Below are positions 1 to 15,260 of a DNA stretch of 64,000 nt, piece after piece. The position numbers and the translations under genes are program-made. Every line of letters begins with the position of its first letter. Position 1 is the first letter of the stretch. The notes below the pieces were generated by a model. The model searched no databases. It saw only the letters and a program-made list of their open reading frames with translations, and was not told where the DNA came from. Source of the stretch: Stegostoma tigrinum (taxonomy: Eukaryota); NCBI RefSeq assembly GCF_030684315.1, contig NC_081391.1, positions 20,296,629-20,360,628 on the forward strand, given 5' to 3'.

Positions 1-149
1 CACATTTTATTATCTTGGATTCTGCAGCATCTGCAGTTCCCATTATCACTGTTTTGTTGTCCAGCCGGCTTGGGGGGAAACTGAGCACGTTCTGGCCTTT
101 TTAATTCGGCTTTCATATCTGCCCACTGCCACACGGTTATTACGGTGCT

Positions 150-753
150 GATGGTGACCATTCGGCCCATCGTATCCACCACCAACTCGCTGAGCGTTTC
201 ACCTCTTGCCATTCTCCTGCACTGTCCCTGTAATCTCCATGTTATTCCCTTTCAGATATCAGTCCTATTCCCTTTTGAATGCGTGAATTGAACCTGCCTC
301 CAACACACTCTCGGACTATACATTTCACACCCTATCCACTCGCTGTGTTGGAAGGTTTTTATTTTCGCAGATCACTTCAGCTTCTTTTGCCAATTTTAAA
401 CCTGTGCCTTCTTGCTCCTGACCCTTTCACAAATGGGAACATCGTGCCACTGTTTGTTCTTTCTGGATCCGTATTTGAGCCATTTGCTTTCCAGAGAGAA
501 GAGTTCCAGCTTCTCCAATATATCCTCACACCTGAAATTCCTCATTCCTGGAGCCATTCCAGGAAGCCTCCTCTGCACTGTCTCCAGTACGTCCACACTT
601 TCCTTCAGTGTGATGTGCAGAATGAGACACAGTGTTCCTGTTGGAGTCAAACTTAAGCAGGTTCAGCATAATCACCTTGCTCTTGTACACTTGCCCCTAC
701 TAATAAAGCTCAGGGCACTGCGAGCTTTGTAAACGATTCTCTTAAACAGTCCT
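150..753 (-). mobile_element. Old CR1 3' fragment (continues beyond 2100; copies at ~19240, ~43940, ~63005)
   Basis: Degenerate VDVLETVQRRLPGMAPGMRNF..LEKLELFSLE (CR1 ORF2 C-terminus). Confidence 0.7.
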
Positions 754-2100
754 CAGAGATAATGGGAACTGCAGGTGCTGGAGAATCTGAGATAACAAAG
801 TGTAGAGCTGGATGAACACAGCAGGTCATGCAGCATTTGGGCCTAGACCCTTCATCAGAAAAGGGAGATGGGGAGAGAATTCTGAAATAAATAGGGAGAG
901 GGGTAGGCGGACTGAAGAAGAATAGAGGAGAAGGTAGGTGGAGAGGAAAGTATGGGTGGGGAGGTAGGGAGGGGATAGGTCAGTCCGGGGAGGATGGACA
1001 GGTCAAAGGGGCCAGGTGAGGTTAGTAGGTAGGAAATGGAGGTGTGGCTTGAGGTAGGAGGAGGGGCTAGGTGAGAGGAAGAACAGGTTATGGAGGCTGG
1101 GACGAGCTGGGCTGGTTTTGGGATGCAGTGGGAGGAGGGGAGATTTTGAAGCTGGTCAAATCCACATTGATACCATTGGGCTGCAGAGTTCCCAAGCGGA
1201 ATATGAGTTGCTGTTCCTGCAACCTATGGGTGGCATCATTATGGCACTGCAGGAGGACCAGGATGGACATGTTGTCTCAGGAATGGGAGGGGGGAGTTGA
1301 AATGGTGCACGACTGGGAGGTGCAGTTGTTTACTGCGATCTGAGCGTAGGTGTTCTGCAAAGTGGTCCCAAGCCTCTGCTGCATTTCCCAAATGTAGCGG
1401 AAGCTACACCGTGTACAGCAGATGCAGTATACCACATTGGCGGATGTGCAGGTGAACATCTCTTTGGTGTGGAAAGTCATCTTGGGGCCTGGGATCGGGG
1501 TAAGGGAGGAGGTGTGGGGGCAGGTGCAGCACTTCCTGCGGTTGTAGCAGAAAGTGCTGGGTGTGGTGGGTTTGGACGGGAGTGTGGAGCAGACAAGGAC
1601 GTCGCAGAGAGAATGGTCTCTCCGAAAGCAGACAATGGTGGGGATAGAAAAATGTCTTTGGTAGTGGAGTTAGATTGTAGATGGCAGAAGTTTCGGAGGA
1701 CGATGCGTTATATCCAGAGGTTAGTGGTGTGGTATGTGAGGACTAGGGGATCCTCTCGGGGAAGTTATTGCGAGGGAGGTGTGTGAGGGATGAGTTGTGG
1801 GAAATGCGGGAGACACGATTGTGGACATTCTCGCCCACTGCAAGGGGGAAGTGGCGGTCCTGTAAGAACGAGGACATCTGGGATGTGCAGGAGTGGTATG
1901 CCTCTCCTTGGAGGAGATGGGGCAGAGGCAAAGGAATTGGGAATAGGGGATGGAGTTTTTGCAGGAAGGTGGGTCGGTTGAGGCGTATTACAGGTAGCTG
2001 TGGGAGTCGGTGGGCTCGAAATGGACATCGGTTTGTAGGTGGTTGCCTGCGATGGAGACAGAAAGTCCAGGAAGGTGAGGGATGTGTTGGAGATGGTCCT
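754..2100 (-). mobile_element. Penelope-like retroelement, 5'-truncated (RT C-terminus, GIY-YIG endonuclease, 3' terminal repeat)
   Basis: Minus-strand frames give FTCTSANVVYCICCTRCSFRYI.E and LIFRLGTLQPNGIN (GIY-YIG with Cys motif) plus LTFLD RT-thumb remnants. Frameshifted; nested in an old CR1. Confidence 0.85.
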
Positions 2101-3794
2101 TCCACCTTCAATGATGTAATGCAAATACACCATACAGTTCACTCACTCCTGCACCCTCTTTAGAAATGCACCTTTTATTTTGTATTGTCTCTACATGCTT
2201 TTCCCACTTTGAACTTCATCTGCCACTCGCTTGCCGATTCCACCAATATGTCTGTGCCCTTTTGAGGTTCGACACCATGGTCCTCACTTGAAGTTTCTTA
2301 TCATGTACAAACTCTGAAATTGCATCCTTTATACCAGGCTATATGTCATTAGCTAAGTTTAGAAAAGCCTGGCTCCTCCCCATAACCCATGGAACTCCAC
2401 TACAAACCACCCTCTCGTCCAAAGAGCATCCATTGGCATCACTTATGTTTCCAGTAATGCAGCCAACTCCATATCCCTGTCACTGCGCTGCCGTTCATTA
2501 CAGGGGCTTGAACATTGTGTGGCACTGTATTATATGTCTTTCGGAAGCCCACGTAGACCACACGAACAACAGCCCTCTCGCCTATCTCCTCAAAATACTT
2601 GTGCTAGATAGTTGAAAGTGATTTTCCTTTTGAGGAGATCTCGCATGGATCTCAAAAAAGATTCATATTCATCCATGTATCTATTACGCAATTTTCAACT
2701 CATCTCCATTACTTCCTATCTTCCACTCCCCAGCATCACTCATGGAAATGCCAGGCATCTACTCCATCACTTATCCCATTTGGAAACTGAATGAAAAGCT
2801 GATGCAAAAGGACATTGCATCTAGAAGTTCTTGCCTCTTCTCAGTGTTCATAATTTATTGCAGCTACTAATTTCCAATTTCAAAACAATTTCTCACACAG
2901 ATTTAAAAGATCCACTCCCCACCCAAGTCCCCTAACCTGCCATTTCCACATACATGCTGTATAGGTTGCTTGCCTTCTATTGATGGAGAGCTTAACAATG
3001 TTGGAGCTGAAAGAGTTTGCAAATAAGACCTCTCCTCCTCAGCAATTTCTGTACCCTATTCCCCTGCTGAGAGCTTCACTTCAGACAAACAAGAGGAAAA
3101 GAAGTGACCCAACCAATGATTGGCTGCTGCATACATGAAGCTATTGGGAGGTATGGAAGGGTAGGAGGAAATAAGAAGTAATGAGAAATCAGGGGGAAAG
3201 AGGGGGGTGGTGTTGAAGAAGAAAGAAGGAAGACAAAAAAATGCTTTGAATCCTACTCTGCTTCCTTTAAATCATTCATCTGCTAACCCTCAGTCCCCAA
3301 AAGAAACAAAACAAGTCCACAAGCTGCAGATGGGGGCAGCCTTTGCAGTCGGCAAACTTCGAAAGAGTTCACTTGACCCTTGCTGCTGTTGGAAGAAGGG
3401 CAGAGGAGGACAGAGGAAGCACCTAGTGTCTAATGTCGTCCGGAGAATAAAGTCATGTCACTAAGTGGTACACACCTGGAAGGCTAATGTAACGCTAAAA
3501 GGAAAGGGGAAATGCCTCATTTACAAATTTGCCATGAATAAAATGTACGTTCCATATGTGCATGAAATTTATGCTACCTTTAGAGGAAGATATAGAAGTG
3601 TGTGAAATTTCTATTGTGGATTTTTTCTGTCAAGTTACCTGGTTAGCTGTTGGTAATTTAGGTCGTTTAAAAAACAAAGATCCAAAATCCAGTTCCACAA
3701 AGACTTGTATTTCCATTTGGAATGGCAGACAGAAAAAGGTAAAGTGGGCATCGGAATTAAGTCACAAATGGACCAATTTCTTCTATGACCCCAC

Positions 3795-6028
3795 TCAGCT
3801 CAGTGAGAGGCTGTCAAACAGGTACTCTCCCATGCCATTGTCAGGGTCTCCCAGTCTCTTCAGGTTGGTGATGTGATCTCCCAGCTTCTTGATCATCTTC
3901 ACTTGCTCATCCAGGTAGTGCCTCTCCAGGAAGTCACACAGCTGGAACAAGGAGCCAGAATGTAATGTTAGAGCAGACACATCAACAATCACACCATTGC
4001 GCTTTTGCAGTGATAAGTGTGAACAAGTGCTGGTATTTGAGAGCAGCTTGCTCTCCAGAAACAATGAACAGACTGGAATAGCTTTATTTGCAACTTTGCA
4101 AATGCAGAAATGGTGACAGAAACCTGAGTTTACCCACCAGGGATCAAACTGCCATTTCACAGAATTGGGTGGAAGTTCTAAACACTTACGCCTCTCACCA
4201 AGTCAGCAAAGCACATATCAGTGACTGACATCTATGTTCAGGATGGCTGCTGCTCTCAAACACTGGGACAATAGCAAGCCTATGCTTGTAGAACAGGAAT
4301 AGCAGATTCCCATGTCACCTTGAGCTCCCTCGAGACATGCATCCCATCAGGAACTCACATGAGGGTCCGTGTGGCCAGAGGCGAGTTTGTGCAGATCCAG
4401 CAGACTCTGGTTCACATCCTTCTCCATCCGCAGAGCTCTCTGCATTGCCTCCAGACCATTGCCCCACTCATCCTGCTCTGGCTTCTGGAGGGAGAAAACA
4501 CAGTCATTAATGAGGTTAGAAGGTCCAAGACTCGTACAAAGGCAAGAAAAAGACGACATATGGTAATCTGTGCCAAATCCAAACCAAGGATTAATAACAA
4601 TTCACAATTCACAGGTGGTCATGGAGACCATTATCAGACATTTGATCCATCATTAAGAACTGCTGACAGATCAGGGCTAAAGACTGAAACATTGGGATGA
4701 AGTTACCTGTATTCAGGCTAGTCTACAGTAATGTATCAGTCTAAACTGTCATTGGGGCAAGTTCAGTGCTAAAACCCTTTCATTCTGATTTGTTGATCTT
4801 TCAGAAAAGGAAAGAATTAGCAAAACCAACTCACATCAAGCAGAGACTTTCTATCAAGACACCTCACTCATCTCAACACAAGATGTACAGGGGAGTCTGG
4901 AACACCAAGGCCATTGCACAAGCAAGAAACAACAATTTGCATTTACTACAAGAGATAGACCCCAACCTTGATGTCCTGCAGGAGAACACGGCCACCACGT
5001 TTATTCTGGAATGCCATCAGTTTCTCAGCATGTTCCTGTTCCTCATGGGACTGCTCCTTGAAGAACTCTGCAAAGTGACGGAGGGCAACATCATCCCGGT
5101 CAAAGTAAGAGAACTGTAAGCAGAAGGGAACAGAAGGCAAGACTAAAATTTCATCACCAGCTAAAAGGTAAAATAGTAAGCTACTTAACAACTGACTGTA
5201 TCACAAGTCACTTAACAAATAAACAGGTGACAATTGATCACAGCATTGATGTTACACATCATCTCCAGACAAACATTCCTCTCCTCCTTCCCCCACCACC
5301 CTACTCAAGTCAGCAACACTAGCTCCTCCCCAAAAGGAACCCAATAATTAGAGACTATAATCTAATCTAATACTGTAATTGCTTCATGGAAACATCCAGT
5401 ATTAAACATGGACATGAACATGAGACTTTTCCTGACACCATACACTTCAGAACATAAAAGACAGAGGAGGATGCTAACCAATTGTGCAGTAAGGCTCAGC
5501 AGTTAGCACTACTGCCACACAGTGCCAGGGACCAGGGTCTGATTAAAACTGTGCATGTGAAGTTCACACATGCTCTCCAAAGATGTGGGTTTCCTTTCAC
5601 TGCCCATATATGGGCAGATGATGTTGACCAGCTATGCTAAATTGCCCATAGTGGCCAGGGCAGGGGGGTTAGCCATGGGAAGTGCAGGGTCACAAGGGGA
5701 CAGTAGGTGGGAGTGCTCTTGAGATGGACTCAATTGGACAAGTGACCTATATCTACATTATGCAGATGCTAATGATGATTATGATACCCAGCCAAAGAGA
5801 ACCACTCTCAGAAGGAGTAATTTAGATTTCAACACTCTGCTTATTAAAGAGGAGAACTTCTAGGTATTATCAGATTTACATTTAAATGCATTGTCTCATT
5901 TTACAATGCAGACAATCAAGCCTCACCATGGAGAGGTAAACATAAGAGGAATAGAGCTCCAGGTTGATCTGCTTGTTAACAGCATCCTCACAGTCCTTGT
6001 GATAGTTCTGACACACTTGGGAAGCCAT
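3795..6028 (-). CDS. Ferritin subunit (M/'heavy chain B'-like), copy A1, 173 aa, 4 exons
   Basis: Exons 6028-5927 ([34 protein letters not shown]), 5113-4967, 4484-4359 and 3941-3795 (TGA). All introns GT..AG and phase 0; exon sizes 102/147/126/147 match vertebrate ferritin structure. Ferroxidase residues E27, Y34, E61, E62, H65, E107 and Q141 (human H numbering) are present. Confidence 0.95.
5485..5770 (+). mobile_element. Degenerate HE1-like SINE in A1 intron 1
   Basis: ggctcagcagttagcactactgccacacagtgccagggaccagggt...atgctaaattgcccatagt. Confidence 0.65.
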
Positions 6029-6097
6029 CTTCACTACTCCTGCTCACTATCACCTCAACACCTCCAGAACTGAACTCCTTTCCTACGAACTCTTTTC

Positions 6098-6226
6098 TTT
6101 ATACTCCTGGGTCATCCTGCAATCAACCAGGGAATGACACCACCAATGATGACAGCCAATGAGGAATTGGCATGCATCCAGGCACCAATGAGGGGAATGG
6201 GGTGGAGTGAGATACTCAGAGCCAAT
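6098..6226 (-). promoter_or_regulatory. Ferritin A1 core promoter: TATA box plus four inverted CCAAT boxes
   Basis: TATAAA at 6103-6098; ccaat (plus strand) at 6143, 6156, 6185 and 6222. The block is conserved across paralogs whose flanks differ. Confidence 0.7.
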
Positions 6227-6869
6227 CAGTTTTGAAATGGCAGCAAATCTGTGATTGGTCCCAGGAGCTGAAGGAAGCCTGAAGGTGACTGGGGGCCAAA
6301 AGCAATGTGTTGACTTTTATCTTGCTTCTGGAATGGGGTCAGGCCACTCGGCCTAACAGCAATTATGAATGGATATCAGTGGTTGGCATCATTAGCAACA
6401 GCCATATTCTATGAAATGACTGAAACAAAACTCACTCCAGGGCCAAAATCAGAGTAATATACTCCACATATAGTATATTCTGTACTGCATACAATATTGA
6501 CATAGCCTGTACATTCTAGTCCTCTCCCTCCATCGAGATGATGACTAAACTGCTGTGAGCCTTTTCAGTTCAATTTTGCTGCAGACTGTGAGTTTTTAAG
6601 TCATTTCTACACATGGTTTCCTAACTCTGTGCTTTTCTTCAGTTCCTAGCTCTGTTGCTTTGAAAAAACTCTCATTTATCTTGGTGCAAGTTTGCTTTTC
6701 CTCACATGTTATTGATGTTGTTGATAATATTCTGCCTGTTTATGGTACTATCGTGCCAACTAATAGAATGCCATCAGGAAGCGTGAGAGAGATCTCTATT
6801 CTTTTGTCAATGTCACATGGAAATATATGGACGTCAGAGGACCCTGTGGGGAAGAGACAGAAACATCGA

Positions 6870-7110
6870 AACCTAGAACACAAGGGCAGGCGGAGGCCAT
6901 TCAGCCGTTTGAGCCTGCTCCACCATTCTATATGATCATGGCTGATCCCAGCAAACCCAACAGTGTGTTCCTGCTTTCCCTCCATATCGTTCGATCCCTT
7001 TAGCCCCAAGCACTAGATCCAACAATTTGAAATCAATGCTTTGGTCTCAACTGTGTACCGTGGTTGCAGATTCCACAGGCTCTCCCACTGTCTTGGTGAA
7101 GAAATGTAAT
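6870..7110 (-). mobile_element. CR1 3' tail fragment (copy at ~50670)
   Basis: ggccattcagcc..gagcctgctccaccattc..atgatcatggctgatc is the reverse complement of the CR1 tail at 13275-13340. Confidence 0.7.
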
Positions 7111-8772
7111 AGCCCATCCATGACACCAGGTTACACACAAATTGCCGATCGACAGTCAGATACCGACCTGTTTCGGAGAGTCCACAGTCAGTGTGTATCA
7201 GTTTGCTGTTTGGGATGATAAGTATTTTGACTAAGTAACACATGCATTTCTGCATTGACTGGAGATTAATGAAGCTTAGGGCTTGACGAGTAAAGTTGCC
7301 AGCAGCAAGGAATCAGATGTCGCCCTGGCCAAAGATGTTTCACAGTTAGTGTCTGCGAAATGATTAGAACTTTTGGCAATCCTGGTGGGTTGATGCCAAT
7401 CTTATATGTAAACACCTGACTTACACACTGTCCCCCACGCCCTTGCAGAGTGAGCCTGAAGCAGATTTGTCCCAGACCCTGAATGCGGTAACAAGGTCCT
7501 TCCTGATCTGTTACTACTTAACATTGCAGCTGACAGAGACAGATGGGGATCAAGAGCAGAGGAAACATTCAACTGTGTTCTGAAGCGTCACCGTACTTGA
7601 AATGCTTACTCGGTGTCTCTCTCTCTCTCATTGGATGCTAGCGGACTAGCTGAGTTTCTCCTATAATCTGTTTTGTCTCCAGGTTGTCAACATCCACAAA
7701 TCTTCAGTCCCACTTGCAACGCTTGGAAATGCCCGACAGATCCGAACAAAGACTGTAGTCACAAGCGAATGACATTATCATTAAATGGTGAATGCAGAAA
7801 GTCACCTATGAATTATACTGCAACTTTGCATTCATTTCAGCTACTTTGGAACTAGTCTAACGATGACCACAAAGCTGTTGTCGGAGAAAGCCCACCTTAT
7901 CGACTCATGTCCTTGACCGATAGAGTGAGGATATGGAGTTAGGCCAGTAAAAGGAAGCAGCTTGTATTCTACAAGAGAAACCCAGTACAAGAGAAACCTG
8001 GGTCCCCTCAGGCATGAATTGAGCAAAGCTCCGATTGAGATATTAAGCATTTCCCTTTGCTTTTATTACCAAAGGATCAGAGTGTGGAGGCTGATACAGC
8101 GGCAAGAGTATCGCACACTGTGCCCCTAAGAATAACGTAATCCAAACTCTCCTGAGAGTAAGCTGGAATTTTTTTAAAATGAAAAATAAAGGCACTCTTT
8201 CATCTCCCTCATTTAAACTCTTACTTGCTAAGGTTTCAGAAGGATGTGCGTAGCTCTGATTGTTGAGCAAGACATGCAAGCAGATTGTCCAGTTAGAGCC
8301 TTGTGGCTCAAGTTAAGGGATACCCTAGCCAGTTTATGGCAAAGGAGAGGTTTAACCTCCGGCACAGGTCATGCACTAGCATTCGTTAGGCTGGAATGCA
8401 GTGGCTACTGAATGAAAAGAAAGCTGAACCAATTAAAGGAAGAGACAGATGTGCAGTCAGGTTTTCAGGAGCTGAGAAAAAGGCAGATGCACTAGTGGTG
8501 TGGAAGGAAGACCTGCAGGATTGTATTAAATGGCAGACAGGAGTCAAGGAAGCTGATGGCCTACATTCAGACCCCTGCCTTGTACTTCACTGTAGCCACA
8601 TCACGGGGCGGGGGGGGGGGGGGGAAGGTAAATGTTTGATGATCAGTCTAGGAATTAGTTACACAGGAGAACGTAGTTGAGTGAATATTTTATTTCCACA
8701 TGCAGCAATAGAGAAACCGATACAAATAATTCTGCTTTCATGTACAATAGTGAAGCAATTCCAAACTGCCAC

Positions 8773-10900
<2,128 letters not shown>

Positions 10901-10967
10901 CTTCACTATTCCTGCTCACTATCACCTAGACAACTCTAGCACTAAGCCTTTGTACCACAATCTCTGG

Positions 10968-11095
10968 TATTTATACTCCTGGGACATTCTACGCTCAACG
11001 AGGGAATGACATCACCAATGATGACTGACATTCCCTGAAAGCCAATTCGGAATCTCCCATGAATTTCGCCCCGCCTCTGCCCTCCCACCAATTAG
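10968..11095 (-). promoter_or_regulatory. Ferritin B1 core promoter
   Basis: TATAAATA at 10975-10968, TGACATCA (CRE/ATF-like), three CCAAT and a GC-box-like ccccgcc. Confidence 0.65.
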
Positions 11096-11369
11096 AGAGA
11101 GGGTGTGGGTGTATGAGGCAGAGCTGATCAGAGGTGCAGATTGTTGTCAAGTCTGGATGGTTATTCTGTGATTGGATCAGCAGTCGGTCATTTGGAATCT
11201 CCAATCTGCTGGAACTCTCTATCGGGTCATGGTTAGTTTGAACAAAAAACTAGATTTGGATTTGGAAAGCTTTTCTTTTTAAACTAAGCTTGTTGTGACG
11301 AACTGCGAGAGGTGCTCAATGAAGGAGAATCAGTTTCTGCTGGGATATTGGAGAGAAAGGTCGGAGATT

Positions 11370-12110
11370 GGTGGTAGTTCCTAGAAATTTGTAACAGAAA
11401 CAAACAGGACAAAGACAGAAAAGATGTTTCTGATGACCAATGCGCCCAGAACCAAGGGTCACTGTCTAAGGATATAGAGTAGACTGTTTGGGATTGAGAT
11501 GAGGAGAAATATCTTCAGCCAGACAGTGGGGAGTCTGTTGTATTGTCTGGGACAGGAAACATTTGAGGCCAAAAGACTGAAGGTTTTGAAGAGTTAGATG
11601 TAGCTGATAGGGCTATGGGGATCAAAGGGTATGGAGAGAGAGTGTGAAGATGGTACTGAGTTAAGGGATTACCCATGATCATGTGGGATGCCAGAGCAGG
11701 CTGGAAAGGCTGTATCAAAATGGTTCATAATTTTGAACATTTCAATCAGGTCATCTTTTAATCTTCTCTGCTCCAAGGAGATAAGGCCAATTTTTAAAAT
11801 CTTTCCTGGTATCATTCCAGCAAATCTCCTTTGCACAGTGTCCAGGGCTTTAATGCCCTCCCTTACAAACAGTGCCCAGAATTGAACACAATACTCTAAT
11901 GTGGTCTGACCAATGGTGTGTAGTGGTGAAGCATTACTTCTTTGCTTTTATACTCTCGGGCTCTCCTTAAAAACACAAGGTTCCTATAAGCCTTCTTCAT
12001 GACTGTTTCATCTTGCCTGGCCACCTTCAGGGAATTGTAGTTTTAAATCCTGAGGGCTCTCTGTTCCTGTACTCACCTTGACGTTGTTCCATTGAACCTG
12101 TATTATCTCT
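11370..12110. mobile_element. Old CR1 fragments (plus-strand 3' end, then a minus-strand piece); copies at ~38850 and ~55160
   Basis: agaaccaagggtcac..gagatgaggagaaat..gggatcaaagggtatgg on plus; cagaattgaacacaatactctaatgtggtctgacc on minus encodes VRPH.EYCVQFW. Confidence 0.65.
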
Positions 12111-12285
12111 TCATGTCTCCATGTTTCTTCGACCAAAATGCATTTCTTGCATTTTTTTGTGTTGAAATTATAAAGTGATTGCCAACATCAAATCTTACCC
12201 AATAAAAATCAAATGATCCTAATTCTGAAGTCTTCAACTGACCCCCCCCGCCCCCCCGCCCCGCCTGTGTTTGTGTGTCCACTAT

Positions 12286-13369
12286 ATGATGCAAAGAGTA
12301 GTGATAAACGGGTCCCCTTCGGAATGGCAGGCAGTGACCAGTGGGGTACCACAAGGTTCGGTGCTGGGACCGCAGCTGTTTACGATATATATGAATGATA
12401 TAGACGAAGACATTAAAAGTAGTATTAGCAAATTTGCTGATGACACAAAGTTGGGTGGCAGTGTGTAATGTGAGGAGGATGTTATGAGAACACAGGGTGA
12501 CTTGAACAGACGAGGTGAGTGGACGGATGCATAGCAGACGCAGTTTAATGTGGATAAATGTGTGGTTATACACTTTGGTGGCAGGAACAGGAAGGCAGAT
12601 TACTATCTCAATGGAGTCAAGTTAGGTAAAGGGCAAGTACAACGAGATCTAGGTGTTCTTGTACATCAGTCAATGAAAGCAAGCATGCAGGTACAGCAGG
12701 CAGTGAAGAAAGCTAATGGCATGCTTGCCTTCATAACAAGAGGAATTGAGTATAGGAGCAAAGAGGTCTTTTTGCAGCTGTACAGGGCCCTGGTGAGACC
12801 GCACCTGGAGTATTGTGTGCAGTTTTGGTCTCCAAATTTGAGGAAGGATGTTCTTGCTATTGAGGGAGTGCAGCGTAGGTTCACAAGGGCAATTCCCAGA
12901 ATGGCGGGACTATCATATGTTAAAAGATTGGAGCGACTGGGCTTGTATACACTTGAGTTTAGAAGGATGAGAAGGAATCTGATTGAGGCGTATAAGATTA
13001 TTAAGGGATTGGACACTCTGGAGGCAGGAAGCATGTTTCTGCTGATGGGTGAGTCCAGAACTAGAGGACACAGTTTAAACATCAGGGGAAGGCCATTTAG
13101 AGCAGAGTTGAGGAAAAACGTCTTCACCCAGAGAGTGGTGGATATATGGAATGCTCTTCCCCAGAAGGCAGTGGAGGCCAAGTCTCTGGATACTTACTAG
13201 AAAGAGATAGATAGAACTCTTAAAGGTAGTGGGATCAAGGGTTATGGGGATAAGGCTGGAACAGGATACTGATTGTGGATGATCAGCCATGATCATAATG
13301 AATGGTGGTGCTGGCTCGAAGGGCCGAATGGCCTACTCCAGCACCTATTGTCTATTGTCTACTGTCTGT
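12286..13369 (+). mobile_element. CR1-clade LINE, 5'-truncated, relatively young
   Basis: [41 protein letters not shown] and FTQRVV.IWNALP motifs; 3' (ctattgt)n tail; internal stops. Confidence 0.95.
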
Positions 13370-14318
13370 CCCTTCTGTGAAGAGGCTGTTTCTGACATTA
13401 TCCTGGACAGTTTAGCTTTAATTTGAAGATTCTATTTCCAATCCATACGCTCAGCCCTAGATGACCCATTGAGACGAAACAATTCCTCTCAATCTACCCT
13501 GTCAAATCCACTAATGCTCTTAAAACTTCCAAATACCGCCGGCTCTTAACCTTCCATACTGAGGGACTCGGGCAAGCTGCCATCATCATTTAACCAGCTC
13601 TTTATCTCTGAGTTGATTCTGGAAATTCTCTGCTGCACCATCTTTAGGCCCAACCTGCCAAAAATGATATCCCAGAGATGGTTGAACCAGAACTTGACAA
13701 TTTCATAAAAAACCTCCACCCAGAGGTGTGCAAATCCCTTAGAGATCAGGACTGACATTGAATTAATTTCTTTGTTCAGTGTTTTTATATCTCGTCTCTA
13801 GTTTCAATACATTTCTGTCCACTTGTCTCAGTTTCATTTTGATCATTAGTTTTGACAACCCAGCAGAAGATGTCCCCATTTCTAAAACACTCTGACTCAT
13901 CTTTCTTGGTCAGGAGTGGATAACTTCACACTTCCCCTTATTGAACTGTATCAGCCATTCTTCCCCACTCCATGGAAGTTTGAAACATTCTACTGTCATG
14001 ATAAAGTGCCACTTGATGTAATGCCATCAGCAAATATTTGAATTGTGGCTGTCCATTTCTTCATCTGTAACATTTATAATCCAAGGAAAAGCTAAGGCCC
14101 CAGTTTCTCTCCTTGGGGAAAGTAATGACATCTTGCTTTCTCTTTTATTACCTCATGGGGTGAACGTTTTGTTGGCTGGCCCAGCATTTATTGCATTTCC
14201 CTAATTATTATTGTCTTCTTGAATTGCTGTTGTCCATTTGGTGTAGGGAGATCCATAATGCCATTTTGGACAGAATTCCAGGATTCAGATGGTATGACTG
14301 TAGATTGAGTTTTGCCTC

Positions 14319-14525
14319 ATGAGCTTCATTGAGTATTTTGAAGAAGTGATGAAGAGCAATGATGAGGGCAGAGTGGTGGGCGTGATCTGCATGGACTGCA
14401 ACGAAGCGTTTTACAATGTTGCTCATAGTAAGCTGTTTAGCAAAGTGAGATCACATGGAATCCATGGAGAATTATCCATTTGGATACAGAAATGGCTCAA
14501 AGGTGGAGGGCAAAGGGTTCCGGTA
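14319..14525 (+). mobile_element. Old CR1 RT fragment (copies at 40733 and 58112)
   Basis: IEYFEEVMKSNDEGRVVGVICMDCNEAFYNVAHSKL..HGIHGELSIWIQKWL, a degenerate form of DVVYMDFSKAFDKVPH. Confidence 0.75.
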
Positions 14526-14527
14526 GA

Positions 14528-15260
14528 GGCAACAAAGTGCGGAGCTGGAGGAACATAGCAGGCCAGGCAGCATCAGAGGAGCAGGAAAGCTGTTGTTTCG
14601 GGTTGAGACCCTTCTACCGAAATTGGGAGGGGGGGGGAAGCTCAGAAATAAAGAGGAGGGGTGGGACTGGGAAGGTAGATGGGATGGTGATGGGTGAGTG
14701 CAGATAGGGGGTAGTCAGGAATGGCCAGTGAGGTGGGGGGGATGCAGATAGGTGGGAGAGAAGATGGACAGGTCAAAGAGGTGGGGATGAGAGGGAGAGA
14801 GGGGATTGGTCATGGGGTGAGGAGATTTTGAAGTTAATAAGGTCCACATTTAGTGTCGTGGGCTGTAAGCTCCCAAGGCAGAATATGAGGTGCTTCTCTT
14901 CCAGTTTGAGGATGACATTGGTGTGATACTGGAGGATGCCCAAAATGGACAGGTCATCCAGGAATGGGAGCGGGAGGGAAGTTAAAACATTTTGCGATTG
15001 GAAAACGTTGTTTTTTGTTGCACATTGAACACAGATGCTCTAGAAAAACTGTCTCCCTCATGTAGCGGAGGCCACATTGGGTGCAGCCGATACAACAGAC
15101 CAACTTGAAACATGTGCAGGTTATCCCTGTCTGATGTCGAAGGTTTGTTTGTTTTTCTTTTGTTTTGAATGGAGACACGTGGGAGGCGGTTAGGTGTAGC
15201 TGTTCCTACAGTTGTAGGGAACCGGGCTGGGGTTAATGGCGAGTACAGAGTGGATGAGGG
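14528..15260 (-). mobile_element. Older Penelope-like fragment, second family
   Basis: TCTCFKLVCCIGCTQCGLRYMRET..FLEHLCS..FPIAKCFN (degenerate GIY-YIG) and a related terminal repeat. Boundaries approximate. Confidence 0.7.

Noticed and set aside
279-656. 125-aa ORF repeated four times (279, 19369, 44072, 63136)
   Set aside because: Antisense to a decayed CR1 fragment; recurrence reflects segmental duplication, and there is no motif or splice/promoter support.
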